A stretch of DNA of 64,000 nt, from positions 1,862,001-1,926,000 of the forward strand of contig CM075998.1 of the NCBI GenBank assembly GCA_038087875.1. Direction: 5' to 3'. The stretch is from Malacoraja senta. Lineage: Eukaryota. A program made the position numbers and the translations under genes. A model generated the notes under the pieces. The model saw only the letters and a list, made by a program, of their open reading frames with translations, was not told where the DNA came from and searched no databases. Positions 11,880 through 25,030 of the stretch are shown one piece after another. Position 1 is the stretch's first letter. Each line of letters starts with the position of its first letter.

Positions 11880-12983
11880 TAACATTGAAGTTGGCAGAAT
11901 ATTTACCAATCCAACACTCCCCGTGGGGATCTTTGCTTAAAGGACTCATGGGTCAGGTACAGGCTATGGAAATAATTTGTTTTCTGAACATGGCCCTCAT
12001 CTCAGAAACGAAGATTGGTGATCAGAGCCAAAAACATTTTTTTCATGTTTGTGGTCAATGTATCGTGCAGAAAACTGGGCTGTAAGAACATATTTTTAAA
12101 CAAAAAATGATCACTGAAGTGAAAATCAAAAAGCTATCGACAATGGAAATCTGAAATAAGGACAGGAAATGCTGCAAAAACTCATCAGATAAGACACCAA
12201 CTGTGAAAAGTAACAAGAGTTGACATTTTAGGTCTGAGACCTTCAATCAGAATAGTTCAGTGATTCGTGTACAAGGACATTCAGGTCCTTCTAATCAGCA
12301 ACACATTTCCAGTTTCTCCCAGAATATTCTGTTTTTATTATAATGTAGGAACATTTGTAACATAATGAAGCTTTAGCCCTCATGAAGGAGAGCCCAATTC
12401 TTCGAGCCAAATCGACGGTTACAAAAAATAACAATCCCCAACAAATTTAACAAAAAAAAACAATTTTAAGGCAGCTTTTATTCAAGCATTTGATTCCAAT
12501 TTCTCTTATATTAAATCTGATAATCAGCATCTAAGAATACCATCTAGGATGGAAGAGTTAATGACAGCTTGTAATGTCTTTGTTGCAGAATTCATTCATG
12601 TGACAACTGGATGTGATAACTTTGTCTTCACGTCAATAGCACCATGTCATGGACTCGCCAAAAATAAGCCAAAAAGAAGGATTGTAAGCTCACTGCTGTC
12701 AGTGCGATGTGCTATTTGGCTATCAGTCCAAATCTGAAGCTTCCAGATTAAAATTCAAAAGAATATATCGTCCTTCTAACTTGATTTCTTTTGCTTCCAC
12801 TCCATAAGATTATCAAGTTAATTCCAAATGTGCTATCTAGGTCAAAATGTAAATCTGCAAGTCATTGTCTGAAAAAGGTTTGCCATTTATTTTGAAGTAG
12901 ACAGCAATTTTTATAGAACGCATAAACATGCCAGACTTTCTTCTTATTCCTTTCATTTAGCTGGTAGGTAACGTGAGGCAAAA

Positions 12984-13297
12984 GGGCAGCACGGTGGCAC
13001 AGCGGTAGAGTTGCTGCCTTACAGCTCTTGCAGAGCTGGAGACCCAGGTTTGATCCCGGTTACGGGTGCTGAGTTTGTACTGAGTTTGTACGTTCCCCCC
13101 ATGACCACGTGGGTTTTCTCCGCGATCTCTGGTTTCCTCCCACACTCCAAAGACGTACAGGTTTGTAGGTTAATTGGCTTGGCTTTGTATACTTGGTATA
13201 AGTGTAAATTGTCCCTAGTGTGTGTAGGCTTGTGTTAATGTGCGGGGAACTCGGTGGGCCGAAGGGCCTGTTTCCGCGCTGTATCTTTAAACTAAAA
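12984..13297 (+). mobile_element. tRNA-derived SINE (HE1/V-SINE-like)
   Basis: gggcagcacggtggcacagcggtagag start, central domain and tail. Confidence 0.88.
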
Positions 13298-13515
13298 TAG
13301 GTGATTGCAATACATAATAACAGAAAAGGTTAGAAACACTTAATAGTCCATGGACCATCTACGGAAAGGAATACAATGTCAATATTTCATCTTGAAGACC
13401 TTTCATTGGAGATGCTGCCTGACCCATAGAGTGTTTCTAGGCTTTTCTGTTATTATATATTGTATTACAATTGCTTATCTTGCCTCATAGGTACTTCACG
13501 AAGGCTGAGGTGGAT

Positions 13516-13657
13516 CTTCTTCTTCTTCTTGCGTATGGCATGCACAGCCTAAAGTTGTAAGAGAACTTGTTCTGTTTGATCTTCTGTTTGTGCACACCGG
13601 GTTGATTGCATTCATTGAAACAGGGTGGACCACGTGAAGGTTGCAATCTCCCACCCC
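13516..13657 (-). mobile_element. Short non-autonomous retroelement (ingi/Vingi-like) with 5' HDV-like ribozyme and (GAA)n tail, full-length copy
   Basis: Perfect 12-bp TSD gctgaggtggat (13504-13515 / 13658-13669). Minus strand starts GGGGTGG and ends gccatacgcaagaagaagaagaag. A second copy is at 49036-49170. Confidence 0.8.
13604..13657 (-). ncRNA. Minimal HDV/CPEB3-like ribozyme fold (catalytic C mutated to U in this copy)
   Basis: P1 GGGGUGG/CCACCCU with G1-U wobble, P2 GAUUGCA/UGCAAUC, P3 ACC/GGU, L3 UUCACGU, J1.1 GU, reduced P4, J4/2 (C>U)GAA. Confidence 0.75.
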
Positions 13658-14219
13658 GCTGAGGTGGATTAATAAGTGCAACAGCCACGTTGTCATTGTA
13701 AATATAGTTTCACATGAAGAGAGGAGCAATTCTCAAAGTAAGGAACATTTTAAATGACAGGGCTTTAGTTTCCAAAAGAGGAAGAACATTGCTGGTATTT
13801 TTTGATCTCTCCATTTACTTTACAAACTAATATAAATATGTACAAAGGAAAAGTTAGCTAAAGTTAATGAAGGTCCCTTGCAACCTAATTCAAGAAAAAT
13901 ATAGTTTGGGGAATACAGAAGTAGCAGAAAAATGTAAAAACATATTTTGTCTGTTTTTGGAGAAGAATGCAAGGAAAACATCTAGACTTCAGGTCTAAAG
14001 TGAATAAGAAGCTACAAGACATGAGTACGAGGTAAAAGAAATCCCTGATGATGACCTGCATCTTAGGGTCATGTAGTGACAGCCAAAACATTGCAGTCTT
14101 GCAAAATTCCAAACTTTTACAAACAGTTTTCACAGATTGGAAGGCAGCAAATGTAATGCCACTGTTTAAGAAAGGAGGGAGAAAGAAAGCATTGAACTGT
14201 ACAGCAATGTTTGTATCGA

Positions 14220-14832
14220 ACATGATGCCGAGCTGAACTGATCTCATCTGCTTGCACATGATCCACGTCCCTCTTTACGCCGCACTTCCCTGAGTCTATC
14301 TAGAAGCCTCTTAATCATCACTATCGTAGCTGCCTCCACCACTACCCCAGGCAATGCGTTCCAGGCCCCCACCACACTCTGTGTAAAACATTTGCTCCGC
14401 ATATCTCCATTAAACTTTCCCCCTCTCACCTTATAGCTATGCCTTCTAGTGTTGGACATTTTCACCCCGGGAAAAAGATTCTGACTGTCTACCCTATCTA
14501 TGCCTCTCATGATCTTATATACTTCTATGTTCTCCTGTCAACCTCCGACCTTCCAGAGAAAACAATCCAAGTCTATCCAACCTCACCCTGTAGCTGAAAC
14601 TCTCTAATCCAGGGAGCATTCTGGTAAATCTCCTCTGCACCCTCTCCAAAGCTTCCACATCTTTCCTGTAATGGGGCGAACAGAAATGCATGCAATATTC
14701 CAAATGTGACCTGACCAAAGTCATGTAGAGCTGCATCATGGCTTCCTGACTATTATATTCAATGCCCCTAGCAATGAAGGCAAGCATACCACTTGCCTTC
14801 TTTACCACCCTATCTACCTGTGTTGCCAATTT
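14220..14832 (-). mobile_element. CR1-like LINE RT C-terminal fragment and 3' UTR
   Basis: ORFs 14515-15015 and 14244-14510 contain KKASGMLAFIARGIEY...LVRSHLEYC...LERVQRRFTRMLPG and FTQSVVGAWNALP. Frameshifted. Confidence 0.88.
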
Positions 14833-14936
14833 TAGTGAGCTATATGTTTGGGCTCCAAGTGTCTGTGATGCTGCTGCAAACAAGATTTTTTGTTGTACCT
14901 GTTCCTCACCATACTCAAGCATATGACAATATAAGC

Positions 14937-15175
14937 CGTCTGTACGGAGTTTGCATGTTCTCCCCGTGACCGCGTGGGTTTTCTCCGAGAACTTTGGCTT
15001 CCTCCTACTCTCCAAAGACGTACAGGTTTGTAGATTAATTGGCTTGGCATAAATGTAAATTGTCCCTGGTGTGTGTAGGATAGTGTTAATGTGCGGGGAT
15101 CGCTGGTCGGCGTGGACTCGGTGGACCGAAGGGCCTATTTCCGCGCTGAATCTCTAAAGTAAACTAAAAACTAAA
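14937..15175 (+). mobile_element. 5'-truncated HE1/V-SINE-like SINE
   Basis: Central domain and tail are present. The tRNA head is absent. Confidence 0.85.
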
Positions 15176-17949
15176 CCTGAACTTGAACTTGATCTACAGG
15201 TTCTGCTTGATCCACTCTGCGTCAAATACAGAGTTTCTGCCTTCATCACCACTTCAGGTAGTGGGTACCAGATGTCCCTACCCCTTGCCACATGCCACCT
15301 CTCCCTACATAGGCTGAAAAACATTTCCCCAGCTCCTCTCTAAACCTTCTACTTGTTACCTTAAATGCCACAGCATCTGTGGAAAGAGAAACCAGGGCAC
15401 CGTTTCAGTTCCATAACCTTTCATCAGAACCCATCACTCAGATCAGTTGTTGAAATTGCCACGCTCATTTTCAGACACTATCACATTTTTTTCCCCCAGG
15501 CTTTCTTGCCTGTTAAATAAAAGAATTAGTAGCAGTTTTTTAAAAAGTTTAATTTCCTGATTCCTACCCTACACCTTTCCATTCTTTCATGCCAGAAAAA
15601 ATAATCCAACACCTTGTTTTTCCAAACTGTATATATTTTTAAAATTTTAAATGAGTTAAACTCGCAGTTAGAGTAGCAGGTAGAGAAATTTGACACAAGC
15701 AAGTTAGCAATTCATAAGCTTACGTTGCTCACAGGCATTTCTAGCCCTCATCTTTTTTAAAGGATTTTCAAGCTCCCGCAGATCTTAAATGTAATTCGTT
15801 ATTCCTCCCTAGTGTTGACAACACTTGCACTAGATAAATCCAACAATTATTTAAAACTACCATTGAAAGCATATTACAATGCGGCATTATTTAAAAAAGA
15901 AAACAACAATTGATCCTCTTCAACATAAGCGAAAGACCGCACGCCTCATATCCACACCGAAGGGAAGGATGCTAAAGGGCACTGCAAAGTGTTTTTATTC
16001 ATTGCTGTTTCCCTGCGAAAGTTTTTCACATCATTTCTAAAATATTTTCTAAAATCTATCACTTTCTAATCTTGTAACGAAGCCCAACATCACTTCATTA
16101 AAATCACATACTATGTGCCCAAAATACTGGAATATATTTCCACTTTATAATAAGCAATCGGAAGGATAAATCTTTGCCAATCCCTCTCAGTGTCGGTAGA
16201 TTGCTTTGTTTAATAATGAATTAGTACAAATTGGATTGTATTTCGCTGTCTGACCTTCAGTAATCTATGTAAATTATTGAAATAACACAGTGAAGCTTGT
16301 GTAAACACAGCAAACTAACATATCTTCATGACTGTATAATTTTGAAATATTCCAATTGCTGGCATTTTCGGTGCTATTAATTTTTTATACGGAGACGGCA
16401 GCAGCATTCAATCTACATTTTATAAGAGTTGTCAAGGTTTGAGAGCTGCAGAAAGAGCATGACATTAGTGTTTGGGTGATTCAAATTGAACTGAATTGGC
16501 TTAATTCATTCCCCTTGGCGTAAGACAATCAGCAGTATTACTGTATTTTAACAAATGAGGAAGGTTTAAATTCTTCAAAAGCTTTGTTAAGATTTCCAGA
16601 ATAAATGTTTGGGATGTGGCCATTGTTGTAAAGGTCAGTTTGTACTGTGTGTTCAGTTTCCCCGAGAAGGTGATGGTTGGCCTTCCCCGGCGGGTGATGG
16701 GAGCTGGATCGTTAAAAGCATTTAAAGTGGAGGTGGATAAATATTTGATAAATCAAGGAATAGAGGGTTGGGCAAATTGGCACAGAAGAGGAGCTGAGGC
16801 CACCATAGATCAGCCACGATCATAATAAATGGTGCAGACTAGAAGAGCCTGATGGTTTACTCTTGCTCCTGTACTCTCGTGTTCTCAAACACTACAAGTG
16901 TGGTGAAAGACCTCACACAACTACGAGGTAGAGAATTTCAGGACATTGACAATGAAGGGAAAGGCTGAGGCAGGCAGGAGAAGTGATAGTGAGAGAATTG
17001 GACAAGATGGATTTGCTGTCCTTATTATTCTACTTGATGGAGATTGGAGTCGTGGAAATCCTTCCAAGAAACATTGCCATGTTACCCGATTGTCTTCTGA
17101 TTACGGGTGTTGACTGTACAGATAAAATCATGAGAGGAATAGATCAGGTAGATGCACAGAGTCTCTGGGACATGTTAGCCAGTGTGTGCAAGTTGGGCCG
17201 AAGGGCCTGTTTCCACACTGTATCACGCTATGACTCTAATAATTCTTGATCCACGCCTCCTAAGGAATTAATTGTACAGATCCAAAAGACCATTAGAAGT
17301 TCCTTTAAATCAGATATTGAACATTTATTAAAATAATATAAGTAAAACAGGGTGTCAAGCTACTAAAGGACATAGTGTACAGGCATCTTGAAGGAATTAA
17401 ATTAAAGTGCCGATTGGTGCACACACTTGCAATGCTTCAGTCCATCTTGACGACTGGATAACAGACTTTATGCAAGCACAGATAGGTTGCAGTATCTGTC
17501 AATCTCAATTGAAAATTTTCATTCTAATAAATTAGTGTTAAATAATTGTGGAATGTTGTTTGCATTCAATTAATTGATATAATGTAAGCTAATTGCATTT
17601 AAAACCCAATTGCCTGTATGCGGCTGTACTGATTTGAATCAGGCTCTTGCTCCTTCTGAAGCCGTCAAGATTAATTTCAAGAGCATTTAAACTGGACTAT
17701 TATAACTTCAAGTATGATCAAAACAAAAATCAATAGCTTGATTTCAAAACATTGGTTACTGTCACAATGTAAACATTGACTGTTTGGAATTCAATCAAAT
17801 TTCTTTCTGTTTTAATGAGACATGGGAAGTTTCTACCAAGCTTCCCTGCTCATCTGTGCACCAATCATGTCTATTTTCAATAGAGAACAGACTACAAGAT
17901 ATTTTTTTGAGTATAACGAAATCATTCTATCAATAATGGACCTTTCATG

Positions 17950-18045
17950 ACCTTAAGATGTCATAAAGTACTTTAAATCCAATGAAGTCATTGTCGTAAT
18001 ATAGGAAACAACAATTAACTTGCACACAGCCAGGTCTCACAATTA
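17950..18045 (-). mobile_element. Decayed DeuSINE-like (SacSINE1/AmnSINE1-related) fragment
   Basis: aaagtactttaaatccaatgaagt...gtaatataggaaac...ttgcacacagc resembles the reverse complement of the Deu domain. Recalled from memory, not aligned. Confidence 0.45.
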
Positions 18046-18142
18046 GAGCATTTCTCCCCAGAAGAATTTGGGAAATTAAATTGTGCTGGAGCCACAATAG
18101 AAATTAACCTGCACCAGTTTCATCTGGTAGAGATCTCATTTA

Positions 18143-18960
18143 CATAGATACATAGAAAATAGGTGCAGGAGTAGGCCATTCGGCCCTTCGAGCCTGCACC
18201 GCCATTCAATATGATCATGGCTGATCATCCAACTCAGTATCCCGTACCTGCCTTCTCTCCATACCCCCTGATCCCCTTAGCCACAAGGGCCACATCTAAC
18301 TCCCTCTTAAATATAGCCAATGAACTGGCCTCAACTACCCTCTGTGGCAGAGAGTTCCAGAGATTCACCACTCTCTGTGTGAAAAAGTTTTTCCTCATCT
18401 CGGTCTTAAAGGATTTCCCCCTTATCCTTAAGCTGTGACCCCTTGTCCTGGACTTCCCCAACATCGGGAACAATCTTCCTGCATCTAGCCTGTCCAACCC
18501 CATAAGAATTTTGTACGTTTCTATAAGATCCCCTCTCAATCTCCTAAATTCTAGCGAGTATAAGCCAAGTCTATCCAGTCTTTCTTCATATGAAAGTCCT
18601 GACATCCCAGGAATCAGTCTGGTGAACCTTCTCTGCACTCCCTCTATGGCTATAATGTCCTTCCTCAGATTTGGAGACCAAAACTGTACGCAATACTCCA
18701 GGTGTGGTCTCACCAAGACCCTGTACAACTGCAGTAGAACCTCCTATACTCAAATCCTCTTGCTATGAAGGCCAACATACCATTCACTTTCTTCACTGCC
18801 TGCTGCACCTGCATGCCTACTTTCAATGACTGGTGTACCATGACACCCAGGTCTCGCTGCACCTCCCCATTTCCTAATCGGCCACCATTTAGATAATAGT
18901 CTGCCTTCCCGTTTTTGCCACCAAAGTGGATAACCTCACATTTATCCACATTATACCACA
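18143..18960 (-). mobile_element. Young 5'-truncated CR1-like LINE
   Basis: ORFs 18710-18961 and 18234-18728: YNVDKCEVIHFG...LVRPHLEYCVQFWSP...FFTQRVVNLWNSLP, one frameshift, intact 3' UTR. Confidence 0.92.
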
Positions 18961-20099
18961 TTATATTTAGAACTCATGCTCCCCCGGCCTCCTCATCATT
19001 GATTAAACCAGTAGCAACCATGCTAATAACAGTATTAATGCTGATTTTCAATGCGTAATTTCATAGCTTGCACTGATAAACCCATGTATGAATCTCTTAA
19101 AGGGAAGGTGACCACTGCATCCAACCACAACGGGAAGCCATTCCAAAGCTTTGGGAGGCTTCATGGAAGTTATGCCAGCGTATGTTTCTCTCCACCACAG
19201 GGCCCAGGAAGTTATTCAAGTCCATGATGAAATGCCAGTGGTAGGAGATCATGAATGGTCTCAATAGCAGGAGAAAAGCATCAGGAAGCATTTATCACTC
19301 AAACTCTTCAAATATACAAGAGGTTATGTTACAGGACTTCACTGCAAGCTTGGGGGAACGTCGGTCACAGAAGTGTTTGGTAACATTTTAGCTCTCATTC
19401 CACCCCATTCTTCTTTAATGGGATTCAACATCAAAAATGGAACGTTTGGCAACCACACCTCAAAAACATTAATTGATTTCTGACTCTGTTACTCATTTAT
19501 TTATACTGATCTCGCTCCCACCTCTTTCAGATCATGCTGCACAGCGTTCACAGTGTCTGTGGAGCCCTTGCTCTCTTCCAGTTTATTCATTCTGAAATGA
19601 AAATTGGGAAAATGCAAAAATGATCTTCCAATCACCATTGATAATTTATCTCTTTCTATATATCAAGATTACAATTACAAAGTAAAATGAAAAAGAAAAA
19701 TAATAATGGAATGTTATTAAATGTAGTTATTGTTTCAATATAATCAAAGCCCCAGAATTGGGGAAGAAATAGCACTCTAGCCTTGATTTTGAACAGGTGA
19801 AGCATATGGCAAACAATACAACATGGCAAACATTGGATGGATGGAAGTTTTAACTGCTGGAACACATTTAAATGGCACACTTCAGTCTTCAATTCAAACT
19901 AGCAAGAGTTGGTAGCTGGCCGGAGGATAAGAATGGGCAGTCGGTTAAGTGATTAGGTCGGATTATTAAGGAAGACAATGATCTACTACTCATCTCCTAG
20001 CATTAAATGTTTATGCCAATGTTTGTCCTAGTTCTAAAACAATTTATACTTAAAGCATACTTCATTGTAAACTGAAATCACTTCAATGGTTAACCCGGG

Positions 20100-20362
20100 A
20101 TCGATCTACATTCTAACTTGAGTCAAGGTTCACACTGATTAGAGTTATCATTAAGATTGACTTTATTCATTCACCTGTATAGTGCCTATCGTGTTAGCAC
20201 CCGGTGAGTTAATATTCTACCCTATTACTGAAGTAAATTGCTACATTAGTTTATTCTAATTTTACGCAATAGTGAAGTGCTCTGAGTCAACATAGGGTTA
20301 GGCCTCAGAGGGCAAAAGTCCCCTGGATTTAATCAGACACCACACAACATTGTCTGGTAAGC
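20100..20362 (+). promoter_or_regulatory. Candidate DNAJC22 promoter or first non-coding exon region
   Basis: DR1-like gagtcaaggttca (20120-20132), HNF1-like gttaatattctac (20208-20220), HNF4-type DR1 gggcaaaagtccc (20310-20322), donor tg|gtaagc at 20357. About 1.2 kb upstream of the coding exon. Confidence 0.3.
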
Positions 20363-21165
20363 TTGTTCAAAAATATCTCTTATTTCAAAGTTGCCTGATT
20401 CCCTTTTTAACAACATTGGGCTCTTAAGACAAAAAAACTGTTAAATACTTAAGGTGACATTTGTATATAAATGATAGACTAAGTTTTAATTGAAGAGGCA
20501 AAATTGATTCCTCTTAAATTGGGATCCACCCATTTTCAAGGGCCTACCCAAATCAAACGTGATTGGGAATGTAATGTTTAAAACCTGTGTGCTTGAAAGT
20601 AGGAATATACAGTTCGCAATAAGTTGGCACAATTAATATTATGACTAGTTCCTTTTTTAATAATTTAACATTACTAATATGTATTGAAAACCATATAAAT
20701 CTGCATGCTTCAGTAAAGCAGTGGCATTTTATACTGTGTAATACATTGTGGCAAATATATGCTTATCTTTAGATTTTACTGAGAAAACACTTGCACCATG
20801 TCTCCAACTGGTGGTATCCATGTCCACACTGATATGTGGTGGAATATGGCAATGTACTTGCAGACTTTGTGAATACTGTGTGGTCATTGTGCTTGTCAGA
20901 CATGATTGTGCCTTTGGTGGGATCAAAGTCACATATAGCAACTTTCTGAATGAACTAAGAATTAGGGGAAGGATTGATGCACAACGCAAATGAGATCCCT
21001 GACATTAGAGAGCTCTGGGAGCCATTGAAGTTCAGAACCAATCGAATAATCTAACACCTAACCAAGGTAGTCTGCAGTACACCAGAGCACAGCTGATGAT
21101 TAACAAGACACTCTAAATCGATGGAACTTGGAGAGATTTTTCCATCCACACAGACTAGGATCTCT

Positions 21166-21262
21166 CCGAAGATGGACACAAAATGCTGGAGTAACTCAGC
21201 AGGACAGGCAGCATCTCTGGAGAGAAGGAATGGGTGATGTTTCGGGTCGAGACCCTTCTTCA
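21166..21262 (-). mobile_element. Penelope-derived short repeat (single arm)
   Basis: Same unit as 1814-1905. Confidence 0.75.
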
Positions 21263-21566
21263 TCTCTCCATTCAGGTACACATGAGCCTGTAACCAAACA
21301 CAAAATGAACATTGCTTCTATCCAGAGCGCAGACATATAGACTTCACCATAACTTTATTGGCAAGTTCTTAATGTTATTCATTTTGTCTTTTCTGCAGAA
21401 CGCATAAAATGAAAATCTAGATGAAGGACATGTTTCAATCAAGAATCCAATTAATGATATGGAATGATCTGTCAAATCTTGCACTGACCTCTTAACGTAT
21501 TAAGCAAAGTCTTCCTAATCCTGGTTAATCAGCAAGTTTCAATATTTGTAGGTTTAGACTGTAGAA

Positions 21567-22409
21567 ATGGTCAAAGGTTTGCTGATCACTTACGTTCTTT
21601 GGGCACTGGGTGGACCTTTAGGTCTCCATCACATCTACCTTGGGAGAGATAGCCATGCCTTACTGTGGATGGTGACATTTGGTGGATTTGGGATTGGATG
21701 GATTCGGGAATTTTGGCAATTGCCAAAATACGTGCAAAATGCAAACATCCGCTACCAAAAGATTCAAAAGAAAAGAGACCCACAACCATCAATGAAAATT
21801 ATCCGTCCTTTAGGCCAATTTGTAGTTGGGGTTTATTTTGGTATCATTGCTCTCTTAAGTCTATCACCATTGAGTGGTTTCTACATCATGGTTTTGCCAC
21901 TTGCAATCACACTGGGTGTTCATCTTGTAGCTAACGTTGGTGAGGAAACCTCCAATATAAAGGCAACAATGTCGGGCTCCTTTGTTACATCTATCATATT
22001 CTTTGGAAGACCCATTGCGACAGTACCCATCAGTATTGTTGCTAGCGTTGTCTCCACGCAACACCGTCACTACAAGATTCCAAACAACACAGCAGACAAT
22101 TTAAGTGCACGACTCTACAGATTGGGTTTAGCTTGGCTGGCTTTCACAATGCCGATCTCCTATTGTATATTCCACAATACCACAGTTACAATTACATATA
22201 TCACGGACACCATCAGCTTTATCCTGGACTCAGTCCGAATATTCCCATGGGTTAGTGGTCTCCTTGAGTCTATATTACTTCTTCCATATCATACATGGAA
22301 ACTGTCTACCGGTGGAACTGGATTGACCCATGGAAACACCCAGGAATGGGAAAAGATATTTGCATCCATCTCTGCCATACAGACTGACCGGGAAAGATTA
22401 GCGTATCAG
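21567..22409 (+). CDS. DNAJC22: DnaJ homolog subfamily C member 22, first coding exon (281 codons)
   Basis: MVKGLLITYVLWALGGPLGLHHIYLGRDSHALLWMVTFGGFGIGW (TM2-like domain) plus further TM segments. Acceptor tttgtag at 21551 (alternative ttctgcag at 21398). Phase-0 donor CAG|gtaatt at 22410. Confidence 0.95.
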
Positions 22410-23303
22410 GTAATTATAAACAAACCAATAATGTTGATTGATGTAGACTGCCGTGTCCTCCTCCACCTCTCTATCTGCTCTTTATTTTAACCAAGCATTC
22501 TCAATGCCTTCAAAAAAATAACCTAAAACAATCAAGAACAAGAGATGGGTTCAAAGCTCACTAAGGTACATTGGACCTTATCCCCCATTATTATGGTGCT
22601 GGTTATATGAGGAAAGCAAATAGTTATCTCCAAAGATGGCCATGGCAATATTAGGTAGATGTTGTAAGATATCTTCAAGTAGACACTCAAAAAGGATTGG
22701 GAAAATGTGGTTGACATCAGGGCAGGTGGGGAGTGGTAAATGGGAAGTGTGGATGATGAACAGAAGGATCACAGGAGGTGGGGAGTGGTGATGGTGGAGG
22801 GGGCAGAATTGAAGGAAGGGGACCAGTATCTGTTGTTCATCGTTTCCCCAAATAACCTAGGGAGTCTGACAACCTGTGGCATATTTTATGATGTTTCAAT
22901 TCAAACCTTTTGTTTCATTTTATTTAAATGGGGTGTACATTTTTTTTAATTTAATTTTTTTTTCTCTTTTACTGTATAACTGAATCGTCTGTTTATCTCT
23001 GCAATGGCCTTGCAAAAAAAAAGATGGATGTTCATTACAGAAACAGCTATTCTCACTAGTCTTCTGAAAAAGATGTAAGATCAACTGCCTGATATCCAGA
23101 TGTTTTCCCAGATGGAAACTGTTTGAAGAAAGTGACAAAGAATGTAATTCATTGTGACATAAATTCTTAATCCTGGATAGATCTGGTTCTTTCTGGTTTT
23201 GATACAAGGTGATAGTAAAAAGGATACAAGGTGATAGTAAAAAATGCAGTGAAATTGATAAAACAGCATACAGGTCTTGCTGAGTTATTCTTTTCTAAAT
23301 TAA

Positions 23304-23495
<192 letters not shown>

Positions 23496-23593
23496 CACGC
23501 TAGAGCTGTGACTCAACTTCAAAAATATCAAGACAAACTGGTTTTATAGCTGGTTGCAATTTATGGTACAAATTTGTTAACATTGTGGCATTG

Positions 23594-23599
23594 AATAAA
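23594..23599 (+). terminator. Candidate polyadenylation signal of DNAJC22
   Basis: AATAAA about 100 nt after the stop codon, followed by a T-rich tract near 23625-23640. Confidence 0.55.
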
Positions 23600-23899
23600 G
23601 GTGAACTGGGGCTAAATGTTCAATTATTTTTTCTTTTTCTCCGGATTAGCCAGTGTATCCATGCCCCATCTGCGTTACAGCTAATGAATCCTCCCCCAAC
23701 TCTCACTCTAAAGATTACATTGTACAAATTAAAAAGACAGATAGGAATATCATTGTCGAGGTATATTATTTATATCTGCCTAGATTTATTTCATTCATCA
23801 GCCAACTCAAGATGCTTCCTTTCCCAAACAGGTTTACCTGTCCAAATAATATCAGTTTAAATGGACATCCATTTTGGAGCCTGAGCCAGCTTTGAAATC

Positions 23900-24160
23900 A
23901 GAAACATAGAAAATCAGAGCAGTCGGCCATTTGGCCCTTTGAGCCGACTCCACCATTCAATACAATTATGGCTGATCATCCAAATTCAACAGCCTGTTCC
24001 TGCACTCTTCCTGTATCCATTCATCTCTTTAACCAAGATACACGTATCTCACTCCTTCCTGCATATATTTAATGATTTGACTTCAACTTTTTCTGCGGTT
24101 GAGAATTCCACAGGTTCGACACTCTTTGGGTTAACATTTTTTGTCATCTAACTCTAATCC
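23900..24160 (-). mobile_element. Decayed CR1-like LINE 3' end
   Basis: Similar to 18143-18430. Confidence 0.7.
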
Positions 24161-24233
24161 TGTGCATTCTTAACTTGAGCAATAATATTTACGGAAGATG
24201 CAGGCCTTCAGTCTGAGGAGTTAATGCCCTTTA

Positions 24234-24531
24234 AGGCCCTGTCCCACTTTCCCGAGTTACTCACGAATTCTCCCGAGTTTTCCCCTTGATTCAAACTCGG
24301 AGATGCCAGCCATAGGTACGCGGGGCTATATTTTTTACTCGTGGACATTTTTCAACATGCTGAAAAAACGTCCCGACTTACCTGATGCCCCGAGTACCTA
24401 CGGCTGGCATTACGAGCCGCTACGAAATATCTACGGACTCCTACGGCCTCGCTACGGACATTCTCCGAGTTTGAATCAAGGGGAAAACACGGGAGAATTC
24501 GTGAGTAACTCGGGAAAGTGGGACAGGACCT
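24234..24531. mobile_element. PIF/Harbinger-type MITE, second subfamily
   Basis: TIRs of about 70 bp (aggccctgtcccactttcccgagttactcacgaattctcccg...), flanks TTA/TGA. The internal segment is the reverse complement of the 7799-8046 interior. Confidence 0.8.
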
Positions 24532-24780
24532 TGAGGAACATATCCCTCCTGACAATTCAAAGTGTTGTAAGTTGATATTTTCTCAAATGATTAGCAAATT
24601 ACACACCTTGATTTTTATCAATGTCTTCCCGATATCCATTTTCTTATCAACAGCCTGAAAAATGTCAACTCTCAATCCTTGCCTACAATCCTAAATTTGA
24701 ACTTTCCAATCAGGTATCAGCTCCTACCAAATCTTTTAGACCCTAACCAATGGATTAATTAAACTCTACATGTTCATTAG

Positions 24781-25030
24781 GGCAGCACGGTAGCGCAGCA
24801 GTAGAGTTGCTGCCTTACAGCGCTTGCAGCGTCGGAGACCCGGGTGCGATCCTGACTACGGGTGCTGTCTGTATGGAGTTTGTGCGTTCTCCCCGTGACC
24901 TGCATGGGTTTTCTCCGAGATCTTCGGTTTCCTCCCACACTCCAGAGACGTGCAGGTTTGTAGGTTAATTGGCTTGGTAAATGAAAAAATTGTCCCTAGT
25001 GTGTGTAGGATAGTGTTAATATGTGGGGAT
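24781..25030 (+). mobile_element. tRNA-derived SINE (HE1/V-SINE-like), 3' truncated
   Basis: Head and central domain match the other copies. Confidence 0.88.

Noticed and set aside
22410..22490. C-terminal 26 aa of the 307-aa ORF as part of DNAJC22
   Set aside because: This is read-through into the intron. A canonical donor at 22410 splices in frame to the J-domain exon.
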